From: Alphaproteobacteria bacterium
GTDB lineage: Bacteria; Pseudomonadota; Alphaproteobacteria; Rs-D84
DNA length: 32,000 nucleotides
Assembly: GCA_017475605.1 (NCBI GenBank)
Contig: JAFVFD010000002.1
Location: 30,001 to 62,000 of the forward strand
Reading direction: 5' to 3'
Positions 23,488 through 31,100 of the stretch are shown in pieces (positions within the stretch are counted from its first letter, which is position 1; the number at the start of each line of letters is the position of its first letter). The notes beneath the pieces are model-generated. The model worked only from the letters and a program-made list of their open reading frames with translations, ran no database searches and was not told the origin of the DNA. A program made the translations under genes and the position numbers.

Positions 23488-24006
23488 ATGAAAGATATGA
23501 AAATGAGTGACAATGGCATAAATATGTTAAAAAAATTTGAAGGTTCTGTAACAAAAGGCGATAAACACATTATATATGATGATAAAACCGGGAAACCCGT
23601 GGATGTGAACAAACCTTTACCAAGTGGTGCAACTATCGGTTATGGTCATTTAATCAAACCGAACGAAGATTTTAGAAACGGAATTTCAGAATCTAAAGCC
23701 ACCGAATTATTACGCGCCGACATTGCAACTGCAGAACGTGCCGTACGAGATAACATAACTGTACCATTATCACAGAATCAATTTGATGCTCTGACTTCTT
23801 TGGCTTATAATATCGGCTCAAAAAATTTCGCAAATTCAACCGTTGTTAAATATGTAAACAATCCGAATTTTCATAGTTCTGTGTATCCAAATCTGGAATC
23901 TGCATGGAAGACATGGAATCGTTCCCAGGGCAACGTATTAAAGGGTCTTGTAAACCGCAGACAAAACGAATGGGTTATGTATAATCGTGGTATATATTTA
24001 ATTTAG
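23488..24006 (+). CDS. GH24 (phage T4/lambda-type) lysozyme/muramidase, no signal peptide
   Basis: 172 aa. Motifs LKKFEG ... YDD ... TIGYGHLI ... LSQNQFDALTSLAYNIG. Alternative ATG starts exist at 23497 and 23503. Confidence 0.85.
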   Translation: MKDMKMSDNGINMLKKFEGSVTKGDKHIIYDDKTGKPVDVNKPLPSGATIGYGHLIKPNEDFRNGISESKATELLRADIATAERAVRDNITVPLSQNQFDALTSLAYNIGSKNFANSTVVKYVNNPNFHSSVYPNLESAWKTWNRSQGNVLKGLVNRRQNEWVMYNRGIYLI

Positions 24007-24081
24007 ATAATAACAGTAAGGTTCTGCTGTTTTTTAGCGTTTTTAATTGGCAATATTGGGGTAATATGACATAATTTGCCC

Positions 24082-25296
24082 ATGGGTCAAATAATAATAC
24101 ATGTTGATATGGATGCCTTTTATGCCGCGGTTGAAATGCGCGACAATCCGTCGTTGCGTGGGAAACCCCTGATAATAGGTTCTTTGCCACACGAACGCGG
24201 GGTTGTGTCAACCTGTAACTATGCCGCACGCAAATATGGTGTGCATTCTGGTATGAATATCAAGGATGCGTACAGACTGTGCCCAAATGGGGTATATATG
24301 CACCCAAATTTTGATAAATATAAATCTGTGTCGCACCAGTTACATGAAATATGGGATGGGTATGCAACGGCATCAGAATCGGTTGCCTTTGACGAGGCTT
24401 ATTTAGACGTAACAAAACAGGCCGGCGATTTTGCCGGTGCGCGTAAAATCGCACATGAAATCAAGCAGCGTGTCCGCGATGAATTGCAATTAAGTTGCTC
24501 GGTTGGTGTTGCGTATTCTAAAACCGCGGCGAAAATCGCCAGCGAAGAGAAAAAACCAGATGGCTATTTTGAAATAGAAACCCCCGACGATTTTGTAAAC
24601 CTTATAATAGATCGTGATGTCGGGGTGCTTTATACTGTTGGTGCGCGAACCGCACAAAAATTGTCGTCTGTCGGTATAAAAACGGTGCGTGATATACGCG
24701 ATAACAGCGCGCGCGTAATTGAATTGTTGGGCAAACATGGTCGCTGGTTAACAAATATTGCGTTTGGGGTGGATAATCGGAGTGTAACACCATATGACCC
24801 GCATAATGCGAAAACAATCGGACGCGAAATTACATTTCAACAAGATGTAAATAACACTGATTTATTGCGTGATATCCTGTTGTTGTTGTCGCTTTGTGTG
24901 GAACATCGGGTGAATCGTGTTGGATTGGTGGGCGGTGGGGTTACTTTAAAAATTACATATTCCAATATGCGCAAAATCACGCGCAGCGAGTTGTGTTCAT
25001 GTGCCAATGCCGTTGATATATATAATACAACGGTGCGTTTGCTGGGGAATATTGAACGGCGGCCTGTGCGATTGATTGGTGTTGGGGTATATAACTTGAC
25101 GCATACCGGTGTTGCGCAATTGTCATTAGGTGAAATGTTAAAACCAAACGCTTCTGAAACTGAATTGCACGATTTGTTAACTATGCTGGGGAATAAATAT
25201 AATTTGGACTTTGCTGGTAATTTGAATAAACTTTTTGAAATGGAAACACTTTACAAAACAATTGAATATATGCGAAAGCATGCAGTGCATGTTTAA
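24082..25296 (+). CDS. dinB: DNA polymerase IV (Y-family)
   Basis: Motifs IIHVDMDAFYAAVE, FDEAYLDVT and SVGVAYSKTAAKIAS. I prefer the ATG at 24082 over the TTG at 24076. Confidence 0.9.
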   Translation: MGQIIIHVDMDAFYAAVEMRDNPSLRGKPLIIGSLPHERGVVSTCNYAARKYGVHSGMNIKDAYRLCPNGVYMHPNFDKYKSVSHQLHEIWDGYATASESVAFDEAYLDVTKQAGDFAGARKIAHEIKQRVRDELQLSCSVGVAYSKTAAKIASEEKKPDGYFEIETPDDFVNLIIDRDVGVLYTVGARTAQKLSSVGIKTVRDIRDNSARVIELLGKHGRWLTNIAFGVDNRSVTPYDPHNAKTIGREITFQQDVNNTDLLRDILLLLSLCVEHRVNRVGLVGGGVTLKITYSNMRKITRSELCSCANAVDIYNTTVRLLGNIERRPVRLIGVGVYNLTHTGVAQLSLGEMLKPNASETELHDLLTMLGNKYNLDFAGNLNKLFEMETLYKTIEYMRKHAVHV

Positions 25297-25307
25297 TCAA
25301 AAATGAT

Positions 25308-25335
25308 TTGTTTATAGTGTTTTTTATGGTATAAT
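25308..25335 (+). promoter_or_regulatory. Candidate promoter with extended -10 (TGgTATAAT) abutting the lipoprotein start
   Basis: TG at 25327-25328 and TATAAT at 25330-25335. A weak -35 (TTGTTT) is at 25308-25313. The predicted TSS falls at or next to the ATG at 25343. Confidence 0.35.
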
Positions 25336-25342
25336 GTACACT

Positions 25343-25648
25343 ATGAAAAAGAATATTTTATTTTTATTAATTGCGGCGGTCGCTTTCGCGGGCTGTCGTT
25401 CAGATGATGCGCCGGTTGACAATGGCGATTATGTTGATTGTATTGACTGTGGAACGGTGAATATGGTTGAATATTCGATGCCACATGGCAATGATTTAAA
25501 ACTGGAAACCGCGCACCATGTGATTCAGATTGATGCCGTACCTGGCAAAACATACGATTATTATGTTTGGACCGGTAACAAAGATTATGCGGACGATCCT
25601 GATATCATTGTGAACGAAGGGACGGCTGCGGTTCTGGTGTCTGAATAA
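25343..25648 (+). CDS. Hypothetical lipoprotein
   Basis: MKKNILFLLIAAVAFAGC (lipobox FAGC). I moved the start from 25334 because the -10 hexamer covers that ATG. Confidence 0.6.
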   Translation: MKKNILFLLIAAVAFAGCRSDDAPVDNGDYVDCIDCGTVNMVEYSMPHGNDLKLETAHHVIQIDAVPGKTYDYYVWTGNKDYADDPDIIVNEGTAAVLVSE

Positions 25649-26118
25649 TGGAATATAAAACAAATGTTATGCGCGTTTTGGACGCGCATAAAATATTTTA
25701 TCAACATTTTGAATATGTTGTTAACCCCACAATGAATGGGGTTGATATTGCGCACGCGCAAAATCAAAATCCAGATATGGTATTCAAAACATTGTTAACA
25801 ATGGCACGTCCGGGGCGTTATTATGTGTTTTTGGTTCCTGTGGCGCATGAATTGGACCTTAAACGTGCAGCGGTTGCCGTAAATGAAAAGTCCTTGAATA
25901 TGGTTCATCAGCGCGATTTGTTGGGTATATGTGGCTATGTTCATGGTGGATGCAGTCCGATTGGTATGAAAAAACAATTCCCAACGGTTATTGATGCGTG
26001 TGCTAAACGGTTATCTGAAATAATAGTAAGTGCCGGTCGCCCCGGTCATCAAATACAAATCGCATTGTCGGATATTCAGAAAATCATACCGTTGTCATTT
26101 GCGGAAATATTGGAATGA
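25648..26118 (+). CDS. ybaK: YbaK/EbsC-type Cys-tRNA(Pro) deacylase
   Basis: 156 aa with a YbaK-family pattern (TNVMRVLD, KTLL, GYVHGGCSPIG, ID). Confidence 0.75.
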   Translation: MEYKTNVMRVLDAHKIFYQHFEYVVNPTMNGVDIAHAQNQNPDMVFKTLLTMARPGRYYVFLVPVAHELDLKRAAVAVNEKSLNMVHQRDLLGICGYVHGGCSPIGMKKQFPTVIDACAKRLSEIIVSAGRPGHQIQIALSDIQKIIPLSFAEILE

Positions 26119-26915
26119 TACATTGTATTTGTATCGTTAAAGAAAGATAAAATATCATCGCCAATCGCCCCGCAATTTATTTCCATAAGCATTCTGTCCC
26201 GGACATCAGGATACATAAGTAACATTGTGTGTGTTAAATCGTTGTTGGCATAAGAATTATACAATGCGCGACTTAAACGCACACTGGGGGTGCCATAATC
26301 GTTCGGACCGCATATAATTAAAATAGGGTTTTCATAGTTACTTTTTTTATCTAATTTTATTAGTCCGTCCAACAAAGAAGCATAAAAACCATAGGTTCCG
26401 ATGGGGGCCTTTTGGGTGTGTCCACAATGGCGGCGGGTAAAAAAGTTTACTATTCGTGCCGTTGCATCGGCCCCATAAATACGCATACCAATATGCGCGA
26501 TTAATTGGGCCATTTTTAGTTTCCACCGCGCATGCCGTCCTGATTTTATAAGGCATACACCCGCAGATTCTGTATCAATATTTTGTAACATAGACTGAAC
26601 AATAAAACCACCATACCCGTATCCAATTAAAAACAATGGTAAATCGTATTTGATATTAAGGTGGCGCATAATGTCAATCTCTTGATTAACTGCGGATTCA
26701 AATGTGCGTGGCTTTTTTGACAACGATATATCTGTGCTGAAAACGATATAACCATTTTGATTCAAAAAGTGCGCAAATTTATCATATGTCGCGGCGCAAT
26801 CAAAGACACCATGAACAATTTGAATAACACCAATCGGATTTGAAACATTATCCCAGGTCGCACACATAAGGCGTGCATTATCAGATGTTGTAAAAATTTT
26901 ATTTTTCATATACAC
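26076..26915 (-). CDS. Alpha/beta-hydrolase-fold protein (lysophospholipase-like) lacking the nucleophile serine
   Basis: 279 aa. It reads IQIVHGVFDCAATYDKFAHFLNQNGYIVFSTD and has the elbow LFLIGYGYGGFIV where GHSMGG is expected. It overlaps the ybaK 3' end by 43 nt. Confidence 0.6.
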   Translation of the reverse strand: MYMKNKIFTTSDNARLMCATWDNVSNPIGVIQIVHGVFDCAATYDKFAHFLNQNGYIVFSTDISLSKKPRTFESAVNQEIDIMRHLNIKYDLPLFLIGYGYGGFIVQSMLQNIDTESAGVCLIKSGRHARWKLKMAQLIAHIGMRIYGADATARIVNFFTRRHCGHTQKAPIGTYGFYASLLDGLIKLDKKSNYENPILIICGPNDYGTPSVRLSRALYNSYANNDLTHTMLLMYPDVRDRMLMEINCGAIGDDILSFFNDTNTMYHSNISANDNGMIF

Positions 26916-26967
26916 ATGGACAATGATATATGTATATCAAATCTTATGCGATAGGTTCATTTTCCGA

Positions 26968-28125
26968 TTATATCGCGTTTCCGGCAACAAAACCGCTGGA
27001 CCATGCCCATTGTAAATTAAAACCGCCCAAATCGCCCGCTATGTCCAATACTTCGCCAATGAAATACAGGCCCGAACATAATTTTGATTCCATTGTTTTT
27101 GATGAAACATCCGCGGTATCAACGCCACCACGAACAACCTCGGCAGACGAAAGCGAATGATATTTAATATCGGTGGCTGGTATTTCTGTGTGTGATATAG
27201 ATTTTGCGATGTTTTTTAGGTCTGTGTCGCGTAAATCGGCAATTCTGGTGTCAATGCCGCCACAAAACCATTTAGCAACGCGTGTGGGCAATTTTTGCGC
27301 CAATACGGACGAAAGAGTTTTTTTCCCATCATTATGTTTTGCCATGCGTAAATATTCGTAAATATCAATACCCGGGCACAGGTTTATTATTATGTTATCT
27401 TCTATATCACGAACAGATGCGCGATATGCCGCCGGCCCTCCAATTCCAAAATGCGTGAACAGCATATCGTCATAAATGGTTTGCCGTCCGATAGTTATTG
27501 ATACGGGTAATGATATCCCCATAAAATCTGATGGGAAAACCTTTGTCGCAATTGCACACAGGGCGGGGCGTATTGGTACGATTTTATGCCCAAAACTTTT
27601 TGCGATTTTGTGCCCTATATCCGATACCCCCATCGAATCAAATGATGTGCCGCCGGTTGCAACAATAAGATTGTGTGCGGTAAAATTGCCGTTCGTTGTT
27701 TGTATGTTGAAAATATTATTCTGTTTTGTTGCACCAATAACCGCGGTGTCATAAAAAATATCGGCATCATGTGCATCGGAAACCAATGCCATAACGACTG
27801 CTTTTGCGCCGTCCGCACAGAAGTATTGTCCAGCCGCTTTTTCTGTTATCTTTATTTTGTGGTCTTTTGCCCAGGTCAACATATCGGTTGGGGAAAATCG
27901 TGCCAGTGCTCCACGAATGAAGTTGGGATTTTTACCAAAGTAATGTGTTGCATCGGCGGACAGGTTTGTGAAATTACAACGTCCACCGCCAGATACGGCG
28001 ACCTTGCGTGCCGGGGCATTCCCCATGTCAATAATGGCGACAGACCGATTGTTTTTCAGCGCATTTGCCGCCGCAAACAATCCAGACGCACCACAGCCTA
28101 ATATAATCACATCATAAGTTTTCAT
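26968..28125 (-). CDS. HI0933/BaiN-like FAD-dependent oxidoreductase
   Basis: 385 aa. Rossmann motif YDVIILGCGASGLFAA. The family-typical C-terminus is GGVDT ... LYFIGEVLDIAGDLGGFNLQWAWSSG. Confidence 0.8.
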   Translation of the reverse strand: MKTYDVIILGCGASGLFAAANALKNNRSVAIIDMGNAPARKVAVSGGGRCNFTNLSADATHYFGKNPNFIRGALARFSPTDMLTWAKDHKIKITEKAAGQYFCADGAKAVVMALVSDAHDADIFYDTAVIGATKQNNIFNIQTTNGNFTAHNLIVATGGTSFDSMGVSDIGHKIAKSFGHKIVPIRPALCAIATKVFPSDFMGISLPVSITIGRQTIYDDMLFTHFGIGGPAAYRASVRDIEDNIIINLCPGIDIYEYLRMAKHNDGKKTLSSVLAQKLPTRVAKWFCGGIDTRIADLRDTDLKNIAKSISHTEIPATDIKYHSLSSAEVVRGGVDTADVSSKTMESKLCSGLYFIGEVLDIAGDLGGFNLQWAWSSGFVAGNAI

Positions 28126-28160
28126 GGTTATATTTATAATACAACGATTTGTTTATTTCA

Positions 28161-28187
28161 ATAAAAAGCCCCATCTTGCGATGGGGC
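28161..28187 (-). terminator. Rho-independent terminator of the giant Cys-rich gene
   Basis: Perfect 8-bp stem gccccatc / gatggggc (28168-28187) with loop ttgc. The T-run on the minus strand corresponds to the A-run at 28163-28167. Confidence 0.75.
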
Positions 28188-28199
28188 AGGCGGTTAGTG

Positions 28200-31100
28200 C
28201 TACCACGATATATATCCTGGATTACACGTCCGTTCGCACTTTTTGGTGGCATTGTTCCACCGCAGCGAACCTGTTTCGTCTGAATATGGGCGATCACAAA
28301 TTGGGACACATTCGTTGTTGTCCAAATTGTACTTTTCGCCTTGATACAGACATGATGCTATTTCGCAACCGGTGCTGTAACTGGCCGCGGCAACTTCGCC
28401 CAGAACACTGAACTTGTTGCGACATGCGCTGCACTGTTCGGATGCGTTATTCTTTTCGTATGGGTCGTTCGTATAGCCCGGTACGCACGATGTCGCAATA
28501 CATTCGTTCCATGAACCCGTTGCGGTGTTCCATGTCTTTGTACCAACACCGTTCGGGACGTTACACACCTGTTCATTTTCAACACACGCGTTTGATGCCA
28601 GGTGGAACCCATCTTCACACGATTTTATCGTACAGATGCCGAATGCGCCATGTGCTGCATCCCACTTCTGTGTGGCAACTGTTGCGTTTGGTGCCACGTC
28701 TGTACAATCTTTGACATCTTCCTCACAAACACTGTTGTATGGATGGTAACCAATCACGCAGCTTTCAATTATACAGTTTCCATCAGGTTTATAGGACAAT
28801 GCGTTTTCACGATTGCATGGCTTACATGACCCATTGACCATTTCGTAGTTACTGATACACGCTGTTTCTATACAATGCCCGTCAACAACTTCTGCCGGGT
28901 TACCAGTCGCAGATGTACCAGTGTACTGACAATTGTTTGGCCAATAGGCGGTGGTTTCAACTGGGCTAAGGGTACAATTATCCTCAACATATCCAGTACA
29001 CTTGCGGTAACAATCGCTTGCCTTGGTGGCCCCAGGGGCTGAATACATCCAACTGCCATCACCCAGGTCCGCGCAAGATTTCGCGCCGTTGCCACCTTCG
29101 CCGCCCGGTGTTCCATCACAGAAACTGCCCGCTGGACAAGTTACACATTGGCCATTGGACAGTGTATAACCTGATGCACAAGATGTAATCGCACATGTGT
29201 CTGTGGCAGTATAATAATCATGGCCCGACATCGCATTTGCGTTTTCGCCCATTGTACAGTCGCGATAGCAATATGCCTTATCTATTGTTCCTGCTTCTGA
29301 CTTTGGATACAACCCACCAGTCAGATATTCGCAGGTTTCTACTTCCTGTCCAGGTTCACATACACTGTTTTCTGGACATACGAAGCAGGCACGTTCGCTT
29401 TCGCTGGTTGCTGTACGTGTTGTTGTCCCCGCCGGACACGCATACCGCGCCAAATCGCGATCTGGGCTGTAATACGCATAGTCCGCCACAGAACATTCTA
29501 TATCGGTCGCATTTGCCAACCAATAACCCGCATCGCAGTACAGCATAGTTGGGGTTCCGCAACCGGCCAGGTACGCATCATCCGCAACACTCCATTTACA
29601 TGTGCGTTCGCCACCACCATGTTCCGCAACATACGGTTGTCCATTCTTCCAGCATTCAGATATCGTACTGGTGTTGTTGTATGATGTCTTACCTTCGTTC
29701 GGACACGCATGACGTTCCAGTTCGTCTTCAATGCTGTAATAGTTGAAGTCTACGACAGTACATGCGATATCTGTTTGTGCCGCCAAATAATACCCACCAC
29801 GACACTTTGTAATAACCTTGTCAAAGCAATCGCGTCCATAAACCGCACTATTTCCTGTGCCATTTGAATACCAGCAACTTTGTGTCCCAGTACCCGACCC
29901 ATCGGTCGCCGCATAGGCCAAATTCGCCTTGAAGCATTCCTGGACCGTTTCCGCGGTTGTGTTATCAGACTTCGTTGTACCGCCATTCGGGCACGCATCA
30001 CGTGTTAATATATTGTTCGCACTGTAATACCCGACACCGGCCGCTGAACAATCGGTGCCTGTTGTGGTTGCCAACCAATGACCCGCATCACAGGATGTTA
30101 TTACAAAGTCTTTACATCTGTCGGAATAGGCCAGGGCTGTTTCGTTGTAATAACATGTTTGTGTACCGCGTCCATGTGTTGCAACATATGTTGGCAACAA
30201 TTCTTTATAACATGCCGCACTGCTTTCCGAATTGGCAGGCGATTTACCATCGTCCGGACAGGGTTCAATACCTGCCTGGCCAGAATTTGTAACGACGGTT
30301 ACACCAGGGCAATAGTTGTTTGCCGTACATGGTAAACAGTCTGTTGTCGGATTTTCGCCGGCACCGCGATAATATTTACCCACTGGACATGTAATAGGTG
30401 CATCGGTCCATTGTGCAGAAACCGTAGCATTGGATGTTGTAAATGTCAGTGCGGCCGTTGTTGTTACAAATTTGCCGTCCGCATCAACAACAGATACATT
30501 ATTCCCTGTGTATCCAGCGAATGTCAACACACCCTTGACCGGTTTTGTGGTCAGTGTGGTAATTGCCGTTGTGGCGGCTGCATTTGAATACCAGCCGGTC
30601 GCATACTTCAAATACACCTTGGCCGGTGAACCAGCGGTTGTCGCACCATTGTGATTCAATGTGATTTCATACACATTCGGTGTCCACTGGGCAAACAATT
30701 CAATATCAGATGCATCAGACGATATATTTGTCGTAACCGTAGTACCCGCGTTATAGCATGTGCCACCACCATTCGCCGCGGTGCACCATTTGTTCGCGGT
30801 GCTGTACCCGGTGCGTGTATCCACAATCGCCGGTAATGCGCATGCGCCACTGTCGAATGTGCACTTTACACTTGGTGCGGTTGAACCCGTACCACCATTT
30901 TTGTTAAGGGTAATGGTGTATTCGTGTGCATCGCATGTTGGTGCGGCGGTGTTGTTGTTTTTGACATCATAACCGGTCTTGCACACTACATTGTATGAAC
31001 AAGCATTATATGTTGTCGCGCTGTTACCATACACGATATTTTCCGCGGCGGATACAGTCTTGGAATTTGCGAAATCCGCAGGTGTTTTATCGCATTCGGT

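Noticed and set aside
24007-24081. SOS/LexA box upstream of dinB
   Set aside because: There is no GTTC-N7-GTTC (alpha-type) or CTGT-N8-ACAG (gamma-type) match. The only symmetric element (aacag-N10-ctgtt, 24012-24031, followed by T5) looks like a weak terminator for the lysozyme gene.
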